Source of the DNA: Actinomycetes bacterium
Lineage (GTDB): Bacteria; Actinomycetota; Actinomycetes; S36-B12
Direction: 5' to 3'
NCBI GenBank assembly: GCA_965662415.1
Contig: CBFIHB010000001.1
Span: 1 to 40,388, forward strand
Length of the DNA: 40,388 nucleotides
In this document: positions 19,213 through 28,497 of the stretch, piece after piece
Layout of the letters: each line of letters starts with the position of its first letter
How positions within the stretch are numbered: the stretch's first letter is position 1
Notes under the pieces: generated by a model
What the model was told of the DNA's origin: nothing
Databases searched by the model: none
Seen by the model: only the letters and a program-made list of their open reading frames with translations
Position numbers and translations under genes: made by a program

Positions 19213-20306
19213 GCGGCACGCCTGCGTTCGCTGGCACCAAGGATTTCCTCGACTATCGCCAAGCAGGCTGTCGAGTAGGAACGCGGCAGTGCCGGGAGTT
19301 CGCCTTCGTCCGATCTCGAAGGCATCGACGGTACGAAAGGCAGCGTCGCTAAGAAATCCGCGCCCAGAGCGTGGGCGATGTCCTCTCCTGCGACCCCCTT
19401 GGGGGTGGTTGCCTGCACCAAGACCACCTGCGGGACGCGGGTGCATAACCATTCGTAGCGCCGGGCCGCTGCCGCTGCGGCGCGAACGTGATCGCCCACC
19501 ACGAGCACCGCCCTCGGCGCGTGCTCGAACACAACGGGAAGCACGTTGTCGTTGGTTAAGGGGCAATCGACCACGACGAAGTCATGCGAGCGCCTCGCCG
19601 ATGTCAAAACGGCATTCATCGTCTCGGCAGATAACCCGGATTCCTTGCTTCCTCGCGTACAGGACAAAACAGAGACATCGGCAACCTTGGGTAGTGCTGC
19701 GTCAAGATGGCCGGCAGGTAGGTGACCGCTCACGTGACGCAAGTCCGTCCACCTCGCGCCATTGGCTTCCTCGGCACCCATAAGCAGATCCATGCCGCCA
19801 CCCCACGGATCTCCGTCTATAACCAGGGCGCGGGCACCACGCTGACTTGCGACCACCGCGAGATTCGCACTGAACGTCGAAGACCCCACTCCCCCGCTGC
19901 CTGCGAATACCGGGAGGACTACACCGTTGCGTACAGGCCCTTCAGCGCATTCACGGAAGGCATCCAGCAACCAGCGTTCACCTTCGGGCAGTTCCACCAC
20001 GTGTTCAGCGCCGAGCTCGACCGCGAAGCGCCAGACATCCCGCTGAATGCCGGCATCGGCATTGCTCATGGAATCGCCCTGATGGACGACCACCACGCGC
20101 GCTCTGCGCCCGGGCACTTCGTCCACGATCGCATCCGATCCGACTATCACCAGCGGAGCACTGAACCAGTGCGCGAAGCCGGAGCCGATATCCGAGGCAA
20201 CTTGCACCTCGAGTGCGGCGCTGGATGCGAGGCGGACTATCTCGTCGATCAATGGCAAGGACGAGGAGATGAGCAATGGACGGTTCTGGTCGGTCAGTTC
20301 TTCCAT
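19209..20306 (-). CDS. CpaE/TadZ-like ParA-fold protein with degenerate P-loop (helicase/secretion-neighborhood CpaE-like; Ssd-like)
   Basis: N-terminal receiver-like region followed by a ParA/MinD-like domain. The deviant Walker A reads AGSGGVGSST instead of KGGxGK[ST]. Confidence 0.82.
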   Translation of the reverse strand: MEELTDQNRPLLISSSLPLIDEIVRLASSAALEVQVASDIGSGFAHWFSAPLVIVGSDAIVDEVPGRRARVVVVHQGDSMSNADAGIQRDVWRFAVELGAEHVVELPEGERWLLDAFRECAEGPVRNGVVLPVFAGSGGVGSSTFSANLAVVASQRGARALVIDGDPWGGGMDLLMGAEEANGARWTDLRHVSGHLPAGHLDAALPKVADVSVLSCTRGSKESGLSAETMNAVLTSARRSHDFVVVDCPLTNDNVLPVVFEHAPRAVLVVGDHVRAAAAAARRYEWLCTRVPQVVLVQATTPKGVAGEDIAHALGADFLATLPFVPSMPSRSDEGELPALPRSYSTACLAIVEEILGASERRRAA

Positions 20307-20436
20307 GACTGCACTCTGCGCTCGTACAGACGCTGCGTGGAAGCCTCAACTTCACAGCTGTGGATGACGGTTATTGCCCTGTGGACGGCCATGTCGAAGT
20401 TGCCGGAGGTTCACTTTCGACAGGTACCGTGATGCC

Positions 20437-21219
20437 ATGCGCGGGGCGGCGTTCTTCGATCTGGATAAGACGATCCTGGCCAAATCCAGTTCGTTTGCCT
20501 TCGCTCGTCCCTTCTTCAAAGAAGGGCTCATCGGTCGCAGCGACGTTATCCGCAGTGCCTACGCGCAGTTCATGTTCCATGCCTCGGGTGCCGACCATGA
20601 TCAGATGGAGGCAATGCGGCAGTACATGTCCGATCTGGTCACCGGATGGGAAGTCGAGCGGGTGCAACAAATCGTGGCCGAGACCCTCGACCAGATCGTC
20701 GATCCGATGGTCTACGCCGAAGCCGTCGAGTTAATCGAAATGCATCGCGAGGCCGGCCTGGACATCGTGATCATCTCTTCGTCTGGCACAGATGTCGTCG
20801 AGCCGATCGGGGAGCGCTTGGGAGCTGATCTCGCGATCGGCACCCAAGTAGCTATCGAAGAGGGTCGGTACACCGGCGAGATCCTTTTCTACGCATACGG
20901 AGAAGGCAAGGCGGAGGCGATGCGAACTCTGGCGGCCGAGCGCGGCTCCGACCTCGCTGAATGCTTCGCATATTCCGATTCCCAAACGGATCTGCCAATG
21001 CTCGAGGCCGTCGGCTACCCGGTGGCCGTGAACCCCGATGCCGCGCTGCGCGCACTTGCAGCCGAACGTGACTGGCCGATCATCGACTTCGCCAAGCCCG
21101 TGGCAATGCGGCGAACCATCGAGCCCCGCCAAGCCGTCGCCGCTAGTGCCGGAGTCGCGCTAGGTGCCGTCGCCCTCGGCATTACCTGGTACGCCCGGCG
21201 CCGCAGCCTGCGCACCTAA
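20437..21219 (+). CDS. HAD-IB family hydrolase (SerB-like) with C-terminal membrane anchor
   Basis: Motif I FFDLDKTIL, IISSSG, AYSDSQTDLPML. C-terminal hydrophobic tail AVAASAGVALGAVALGITWY followed by ARRRSLRT. I chose the ATG at 20437 over the track start at 20374. Confidence 0.85.
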   Translation: MRGAAFFDLDKTILAKSSSFAFARPFFKEGLIGRSDVIRSAYAQFMFHASGADHDQMEAMRQYMSDLVTGWEVERVQQIVAETLDQIVDPMVYAEAVELIEMHREAGLDIVIISSSGTDVVEPIGERLGADLAIGTQVAIEEGRYTGEILFYAYGEGKAEAMRTLAAERGSDLAECFAYSDSQTDLPMLEAVGYPVAVNPDAALRALAAERDWPIIDFAKPVAMRRTIEPRQAVAASAGVALGAVALGITWYARRRSLRT

Positions 21220-21220
21220 C
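21196..21220 (+). repeat. left copy of perfect 25-bp direct repeat CGGCGCCGCAGCCTGCGCACCTAAC
   Basis: Identical 25-mer at 22337-22361. This copy encodes the last codons and the stop of the HAD gene (RRRSLRT*). Confidence 0.95.
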
Positions 21221-21230
21221 ATTTCCGCTG

Positions 21231-21285
21231 AAACCTGCAGCAAGCGTCACAAACTTTCGAATTTGCGACGCTACCTGCAGGTCTC
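21231..21285. repeat. 55-nt palindromic hairpin element, copy A
   Basis: AAACCTGCAGCAAGCGTCACAAACTTTCGAATTTGCGACGCTACCTGCAGGTCTC. The arms ACCTGCAG..GCGTCACAAA and TTTGCGACGC..CTGCAGGT pair into a stem of about 20 bp. It matches copy B at 48 of 55 positions by hand alignment and abuts the stop of the DUF559 gene. Confidence 0.9.
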
Positions 21286-22198
21286 AGTGCATCGACGCGT
21301 GTAGTCGCCGCGCGAGCGAAGCCGAGCGCAGGTCTCCCATGCCCCAACGAACCACGCGATAGCCGGCCTCACGGATCGCGTCCTCCCGCCGCTTCTCCGC
21401 ATACAGCGATTCGCGATCGACGTACTTCAAGCGGCCATCTGCCTCGCCGACCAGCAAGAAGTCATCCCAGAGGAAGTCCACCCGCGCAATAAACGCGCCC
21501 AGGAGTGAGCGCAGTTCCACCTGCATCCGTGGGAGCGGGATGCCCCGCTCAACGAAATAGGCGAATGACGCCGACTCCAACACACTTTCGCGAACGCCAT
21601 CCACAAGTTCTGCCGCACGCAGAAGGCGTCGACACCCGCGCCGCCCGCGCCACCGGTCCCTTTGAGCTATCACCGCGGCCACGTCGAACTTCGATAAGCG
21701 CGCCCCCGCATCACCGCAGACCAGGGACTGCGCCAGCGACCCGTATCGGGTGATGTCGATCCAACTTCGCAACGCGGAGGCGACGGGCACGCGCCCCTCA
21801 TCCACTTCACCCTCGAGGAATGCGCGTACTCGAAAATCGACCCCACCGCGGGACCCCGACCAACGCCCGGGGGGAACAGCGAGTTGCACGTTCGTAGGCA
21901 CCGAAGCCACTGGCACCCCGTGCATCAGCGCGGCGCTGGTGTCGCAGACAACAGTGCCGGGAGTGCGAATCGCCGCCGCCACCGCGCGATGGATGTGCTC
22001 GACACGTGCCCGAGCATGCGGGTCAAGGTCGTCGTACGTGCTCTCTCCAGCCGGCAGATAGGCGCCGTGTCCGATCCGTAACCAGGCACCCGATCGCACT
22101 CGGTGTCGAACCTGATCACCCGACAGCCCAGCCTCACGTGCATCAGTGATGAGGGCCAAACTCGGGAGCCGGGGATCGGGTTCTGCACGTCGTGGCAT
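21284..22198 (-). CDS. AbiEi_4-like wHTH / DUF559 (Vsr-like PD-(D/E)xK fold) domain protein
   Basis: The N-terminus LITDAREAGLSGDQVRHRVRSGAWLRIGHGAY is typical of AbiEi_4-type wHTH domains. The C-terminus VDFLWDDFLLVGEADGRLKY...REDAIREAGYRVVRW matches the DUF559 core. I chose the ATG at 22198; the track start at 22279 lies inside hairpin copy B. Confidence 0.72.
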   Translation of the reverse strand: MPRRAEPDPRLPSLALITDAREAGLSGDQVRHRVRSGAWLRIGHGAYLPAGESTYDDLDPHARARVEHIHRAVAAAIRTPGTVVCDTSAALMHGVPVASVPTNVQLAVPPGRWSGSRGGVDFRVRAFLEGEVDEGRVPVASALRSWIDITRYGSLAQSLVCGDAGARLSKFDVAAVIAQRDRWRGRRGCRRLLRAAELVDGVRESVLESASFAYFVERGIPLPRMQVELRSLLGAFIARVDFLWDDFLLVGEADGRLKYVDRESLYAEKRREDAIREAGYRVVRWGMGDLRSASLARRLHASMH

Positions 22199-22257
22199 GT
22201 CCCCGAGCCTGCGTCGCCGAGCGAGCTGAGAGCAACCGACCATCCACAGGCGCACCC

Positions 22258-22312
22258 AAACCTGCAGCGAGCGTCGCAAGAATCCGAATTTGTGACGCTA
22301 CCTGCAGGTCTC
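22258..22312. repeat. 55-nt palindromic hairpin element, copy B
   Basis: AAACCTGCAGCGAGCGTCGCAAGAATCCGAATTTGTGACGCTACCTGCAGGTCTC, in the same orientation as copy A. It lies between the stop of the 22331-23119 gene and the DUF559 start, so it can also act as that gene's terminator hairpin. Confidence 0.9.
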
Positions 22313-22330
22313 GGCGTTATCGGCCAGCGG

Positions 22331-23119
22331 TTAGAGCGGCGCCGCAGCCTGCGCACCTAACCCGATCGCCGAACCGAACCAGCCGAAGTAGGCGGCCATG
22401 TCTCCTGTCGCATAGGCACGGATCGCTTTGACGTAAGCGGGCCTGCCTAATTGCAGCATGCCTGTCTCCGGGACCGAGAACAAGGACGGATCCACACCTC
22501 GTGCTGCGAGGACCAAACGAACAGCAGCGCGCCCGAGTAGTCCCGATCCCCAGGAGAACGGACGCGCACTGAGCAGCTCGGCATGAACGATGCCGGCAAC
22601 GGCGAGCGCCGGAGCCTGTTGACCTTCGGCCACCAAGTCCGCCAGCAGCGCCATCCTGCCGGCCGCAGCGGGCGCGCTCGGCGCATCGATCGCCACCCGC
22701 AGTGGATCATCGGGAACCTCGACCTCGGTCCGCGGACGTCCGAGTTGGTCTTCAGCTACATGTCCATGGGCGGCCACCGCATGCAACCGGGCGAGGACCT
22801 GCAGCGGAGCTTTCCCCCAGGTTTCGACAAGGGCCGGGACCTCGGCCGTGATGGCCTGGGCGGATCCGAGCACCCGGCCCATGGGCGAGTCTTCGACAAC
22901 CACCACGTCAGCACCATCGATAACCGCGGAATCCCGTGACCCACGTTGCCTCGAGCCACTCGTGAATTCCACGGCCTCCGCGCGTACGTCACGCCGCCAC
23001 AGCAATGCATCGATCTGCCCACGCGCTTGATCCAAGTCCTCTCGGATGCCCTCGATGGCCATCAACCGATCCACTGCCTGGGCTAGCGCGTCCGTCACGG
23101 CCTGCACGCTAGTGGGCAA
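22331..23119 (-). CDS. conserved hypothetical protein with degenerate Fic-like motif
   Basis: VHAELLSARPFSWGSGLLGRAAVRLVL aligns by eye to the Fic core HPFx[DE]GNGRxxR, but with Arg in place of the catalytic His. Start uncertain: TTG at 23119 or GTG at 23107. Its position corresponds to Rv3662c (from memory). Confidence 0.6.
   Translation of the reverse strand: MPTSVQAVTDALAQAVDRLMAIEGIREDLDQARGQIDALLWRRDVRAEAVEFTSGSRQRGSRDSAVIDGADVVVVEDSPMGRVLGSAQAITAEVPALVETWGKAPLQVLARLHAVAAHGHVAEDQLGRPRTEVEVPDDPLRVAIDAPSAPAAAGRMALLADLVAEGQQAPALAVAGIVHAELLSARPFSWGSGLLGRAAVRLVLAARGVDPSLFSVPETGMLQLGRPAYVKAIRAYATGDMAAYFGWFGSAIGLGAQAAAPL
22337..22361 (+). repeat. right copy of perfect 25-bp direct repeat
   Basis: Identical to 21196-21220. 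Here it lies antisense within the last 9 codons of the minus-strand gene 22331-23119. A plus-strand relic reading frame ends RRRSLRT* at 22360. Confidence 0.95.
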
Positions 23120-23200
23120 TCCCGGTCACTTCCATCGACGAATCCGTCGCGTCAGGAGCGTTGATTTGGTTAGGTGGAACCACTCGAGGAAAGGACCGCC

Positions 23201-25168
<1,968 letters not shown>

Positions 25169-25219
25169 CCCCTGCCGCTAGCCTGATGCGTACTGTCAGC
25201 AACCTGACTCGGAGGCGAG

Positions 25220-25621
25220 ATGGCTGACCAACAGAGCCTGGGGACCTTGGTATCCAAGGTCGTACGGGATGCGAAGGCACTGCTGAACGCTCAGGTTGCG
25301 CTCACGCGAACCGAGGCGCAAAAGACCGGTCAGCAGGTGGCGGTCGTCTCCGTCTTCGGCATCCTCGCACTGGCGGCTGTGTCCATCGCTGGACTGTTCG
25401 GGTTGATCGCCTTGGCTTTCGGCTTCGTCGCTCTTGGACTACCCGAGTGGGCCGGGTTCTTGATCGTGGCCGGCATCTTGATCCTGGCAGCGGTGATCGC
25501 TGGCATCGTCGCCAAGGTTCGATCGGGCAAGATCACGGGACTGCACGTCGCACAAGCCGAGTGGCAAGCCACATCGCAGGCGGTATCCGAGGCGGTCGGT
25601 CGCCCGGCGATCGGCGACTGA
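25220..25621 (+). CDS. small membrane protein, actinobacterial holin-X (Phage_holin_3_6)-like
   Basis: 133 aa with an amphipathic N-terminus followed by two TM helices (VAVVSVFGILALAAVSIAGLFGLIALAF, WAGFLIVAGILILAAVIAGIV). GGAGG SD. Confidence 0.65.
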   Translation: MADQQSLGTLVSKVVRDAKALLNAQVALTRTEAQKTGQQVAVVSVFGILALAAVSIAGLFGLIALAFGFVALGLPEWAGFLIVAGILILAAVIAGIVAKVRSGKITGLHVAQAEWQATSQAVSEAVGRPAIGD

Positions 25622-25628
25622 CCGAAGC

Positions 25629-26024
25629 TTGTCCCGCAGTAGCGAGCGCCCGCGCGACCGTCTGGGTCGCCCGTTGGATCACGGGGATTCCCGCGCCTTC
25701 CCGACTGTCCCTGATCGTTCGGATCTCGCCGGGCCGCAAGCGTGGGTTGAAGGCATCGAATACGTGGCTCAGGGTCTTCCTTTCCACGCCCACGAGGTGT
25801 TCGAGCAGCGATGGAAGTGCTGCCCGGAGACCGAGCGCGATTGCTGGCAAGCTTTGGCGCAGTGGGGAGCAGCAATCACGCAACGCGAACGGGGAAACAG
25901 CGTTGGGCAACAGCGTCTGGCCGAGCGGGCCCGCGAGAGATTGATTCGGGCACAACGTGAGTCGGCAATTCCCGACTATGTGGACGCGCAGCGAGTTCTT
26001 GACGAACTAGCGCAACTCACATGA
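25629..26024 (+). CDS. DUF309 domain protein
   Basis: G..YV..G.PFHAHEVFEQRWK......RDCWQALAQWGAAITQRERGN matches my recollection of the DUF309 signature. TTG start; start uncertain. Confidence 0.65.
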   Translation: MSRSSERPRDRLGRPLDHGDSRAFPTVPDRSDLAGPQAWVEGIEYVAQGLPFHAHEVFEQRWKCCPETERDCWQALAQWGAAITQRERGNSVGQQRLAERARERLIRAQRESAIPDYVDAQRVLDELAQLT

Positions 26025-27197
26025 GCCGTTGGGTACCGCCGATCTCGCGTCTCCAGCCGCATCGAGTGCCGATCGGATCTCGGCACTCGTCAGCGCGTAG
26101 GAAATGTCTTCATCCGTCATACCCGTCGCGAAGACCATTCCGTGCACTTCTCCAAATTCATCGGTAAACGGGCCCCCTGAGTTGCCTTGCTCAACCCGTC
26201 CGCGCAACACGTAGACATCGCGCTCGACTCCGGGTTCGCCGTAGATGCTTTCTCCGCGCGCGAGGACCTGTGTGCGAACCCGCACTGGCAAAGCACTGAA
26301 ACGTTCACCCCTCGGGAAGCCCGCTACCACCGCGGAATCCCCTGCGGACAGCGTCGATCGAGCTAGGCGAACCGGACGAGCTTCTAGTCCCGACGCGCGG
26401 ACGAGCGCAATATCGGTCTGTGGATCGAAGTACACGACCTCGGCTCGCTTGGAAATCTGTCCGGGACGTACGCGCACGGTGAGGTCTTCAACGCCGGCCA
26501 CCACATGCGCATTGGTCACCACCAGATCGGGTTCGAGCGCGAAGCCCGATCCGGAGACGAGAACATCGCATCCCGGCGCGACACCGCTGAGCCGAACGCT
26601 TGAGTTGCGGATCACCTCCACCGCCCCACGAGCTGCCGCGGCAACCGGGGGCTCGACTTCCTCCCCCGGGACAGGTGCCAAGCCGGCGAACACCCTGGGT
26701 ACCGCCGTCGTTCCCACGAGATCACGCAATTCGGTAAAGGCAGAGCGGGCGGCATTCGGTAGGGCCCGATCCATCGTCGTCAGGACAGTTGATCCGCTCA
26801 CCTGGCGGGTCATCTCACTGCGGGGCAGGTAGGTCACGACACTGGCGATGACCCACGCCACGAGTGCGAGGGCCGCCACATTGAGCAGGGCTCCCGCTGA
26901 GCTGTCCACGAATCGAACCGGGCGCCATGTGATCGAATCGCGGAGCCTGCGTCCGAGCATGGACAAGAGCGTTTGTCCGATCAGCGCACTGATCAAGATT
27001 CCGACGGCTAACGCGACGATCCGCAACGTCTGCGCATCGATGAATCGCTCGACGACAGCGGGTAGCCACAACACCGCCAGCAATCCACCGCCCAAGAACC
27101 CGAGGAAGGACAATGCGCCGGCCAGGAAACCCTGACGCCAGCCAACGAGAGCGAAAACGATGATCGCCCCGATCATTAGCCAATCGACGAGGTTCAC
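26007..27197 (-). CDS. marP: MarP-family membrane serine protease (CvpA-like TM domain + trypsin-like domain)
   Basis: Four N-terminal TM helices, then the catalytic triad contexts TNAHVV, DIALV, GNSGGP. The GTG at 27197 makes a GTGA overlap with the upstream nudix stop. Confidence 0.85.
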   Translation of the reverse strand: MNLVDWLMIGAIIVFALVGWRQGFLAGALSFLGFLGGGLLAVLWLPAVVERFIDAQTLRIVALAVGILISALIGQTLLSMLGRRLRDSITWRPVRFVDSSAGALLNVAALALVAWVIASVVTYLPRSEMTRQVSGSTVLTTMDRALPNAARSAFTELRDLVGTTAVPRVFAGLAPVPGEEVEPPVAAAARGAVEVIRNSSVRLSGVAPGCDVLVSGSGFALEPDLVVTNAHVVAGVEDLTVRVRPGQISKRAEVVYFDPQTDIALVRASGLEARPVRLARSTLSAGDSAVVAGFPRGERFSALPVRVRTQVLARGESIYGEPGVERDVYVLRGRVEQGNSGGPFTDEFGEVHGMVFATGMTDEDISYALTSAEIRSALDAAGDARSAVPNGSCELR

Positions 27198-27850
27198 AAC
27201 TCGACCTGCATCTCGCGGGTGCTGTCCCATGGAAGGGTCCAGCCGGAACGCTCGAAAAGACCGGAGAGGACTCCAGCGGTGAAGCCCCAGATGAGCATGT
27301 CGTGGACTACGAAGCCCGGACCTCGATAGCCGGAAGGGTGGGCAACCGTATAGCGGTTTTCCGGATCCAACAGATCAGTTACGGCAACACGCTCGACCCT
27401 GGAAACCTCCGCACGGTCTTGGACCGCGATCTCGTTCGGCTGGCGCCACCACCCCAGCACCGGCGAGACGACGTAATCGCTGACCGGGAGCCAAAGATCC
27501 GGCAGCACACCGAAGACCTCAACTCCTTGCGGCTGCACGCCGGTCTCTTCGTGTGCTTCGCGCAGCGCTGTAGCAATGATGTCCTCGTCGGTGTCCTCGA
27601 ATGCCCCACCGGGGAAGGCAGGCTGTCCGGAGTGGGCCACAGAGCCGCGTGCCCGCTCGATGATGAGTATGTCCGGTCCATCACCGAAAAGGACAAGGAC
27701 TGCCGCCGACCGACCGATGCCATCACGCGGCAGGAAGTTGGTCAGATCCTCGGTCTTCGCATCTCGCGTAGCTCTCGCTACCGGTTGCAGCCACTCGGGT
27801 AATCGCGAGAGGACTGTCTCGTCGACGAAGCCGGTACGTCGCCAACTCAT
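27194..27850 (-). CDS. NUDIX hydrolase, CoA pyrophosphatase type
   Basis: Nudix box GGAFEDTDEDIIATALREAHEETGV preceded by a NuCoA-like motif LIIERARGSVAHSGQPAFPGG. Confidence 0.82.
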   Translation of the reverse strand: MSWRRTGFVDETVLSRLPEWLQPVARATRDAKTEDLTNFLPRDGIGRSAAVLVLFGDGPDILIIERARGSVAHSGQPAFPGGAFEDTDEDIIATALREAHEETGVQPQGVEVFGVLPDLWLPVSDYVVSPVLGWWRQPNEIAVQDRAEVSRVERVAVTDLLDPENRYTVAHPSGYRGPGFVVHDMLIWGFTAGVLSGLFERSGWTLPWDSTREMQVEL

Positions 27851-28497
27851 CGTTCGATGCCGAGGTACTCGCGAAGTAGAGCGTTGAAGTACTCAGTGCC
27901 CGGCAGGGCGCCATCGTGACGACCGACGATCACCCCGCGTTCATCGACGAAGAACGTGACGGGCGGGCCGGAGATCGCCATCGCCCCGCGGATCGTGCCA
28001 GCTTGATCGACAACGGAGGGAAAATCGGCTTCGAAGTCCGCCATCATCTGCAACGCAGAAGAGTCACGGTCCTGGATATCGACCCCGAGAAACTGCACGT
28101 CACCACGCAACTCGGAGGCAGCTGCAGCCAGAATCGGCATCTCGGCGATACACGGTGGGCACCATGACGCCCAGACGTTGACCACGAGGGGCTTGCCGCG
28201 CAACTTCGACAGATTCACGTCCGGTCCGTAGCCGAGGCAGCGGAATGTGAGGGCCGGTAGCCCGGGAATCGCCGCATCGGCATCGAGATCGCTCGGAGGA
28301 CAGGGGTCGAGGCCTACTTCGTCGATCAGTGGCAGCAGAGCCGGATCCTTCTCGGTCGTCTCCTGAGTCGAGGGGACCGGCTCCGACGTCTGCTGAGCCT
28401 GTGCATCCGATGGACCCGCTTCATTCGCACACGCCGCGCCAAGGACCGCCGTGATCGCAAGTAGGGCTGCCAAGAGCAGTGGGCGTTGCACTCTCAT
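27847..28497 (-). CDS. TlpA-family thiol-disulfide oxidoreductase (secreted thioredoxin-like)
   Basis: Signal peptide [23 protein letters not shown] and active site [12 protein letters not shown] overlaps at both ends. Confidence 0.85.
   Translation of the reverse strand: MRVQRPLLLAALLAITAVLGAACANEAGPSDAQAQQTSEPVPSTQETTEKDPALLPLIDEVGLDPCPPSDLDADAAIPGLPALTFRCLGYGPDVNLSKLRGKPLVVNVWASWCPPCIAEMPILAAAASELRGDVQFLGVDIQDRDSSALQMMADFEADFPSVVDQAGTIRGAMAISGPPVTFFVDERGVIVGRHDGALPGTEYFNALLREYLGIER

Larger units (their letters stand above)
21221..22336. mobile_element. candidate inserted cassette (one gene, hairpin-bracketed, no recombinase)
   Basis: 1116 bp delimited by the 25-bp direct repeats. It contains only the AbiEi-like/DUF559 gene plus hairpin copies A and B. 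Mobility is inferred, not shown. Confidence 0.35.

Noticed and set aside
18070-19566. N-terminal extensions in the ORF track. Affected genes are the ATPase (to 19566), the TadB-like gene (to 18331), the Flp gene (to 16829), nth (to 29435), the peptidase (to 5181), crp (from 29237) and the STAS gene (to 13641).
   Set aside because: The extensions overlap the upstream gene, are Arg/Pro-rich, and precede internal starts that give canonical N-termini, SD sequences or ATGA/GTGA coupling overlaps.
20307-20436. Expected a 6C-family sRNA here, because from memory the M. tuberculosis B11/6C RNA lies between the Rv3660c and Rv3661 counterparts.
   Set aside because: Neither strand of this 130-nt spacer has the two hairpins with C-rich (six or more C) loops that define 6C RNA. 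I found no such paired C-run hairpins elsewhere in the window either.
22103-22360. The 85-aa plus-strand ORF ending RRRSLRT* as a real gene.
   Set aside because: It runs antisense through the DUF559 5' region and hairpin copy B. It owes its C-terminus to the duplicated HAD 3' end, so it is best read as a relic of the duplication rather than a coding gene.
25220-25621. Holin-like membrane protein as a sign of a prophage lysis cassette.
   Set aside because: There is no endolysin, terminase, capsid, tail or integrase gene nearby. The Holin-X-like family is widespread as a chromosomal small membrane protein in actinobacteria, and its neighbours are core genes (acs, DUF309, marP).
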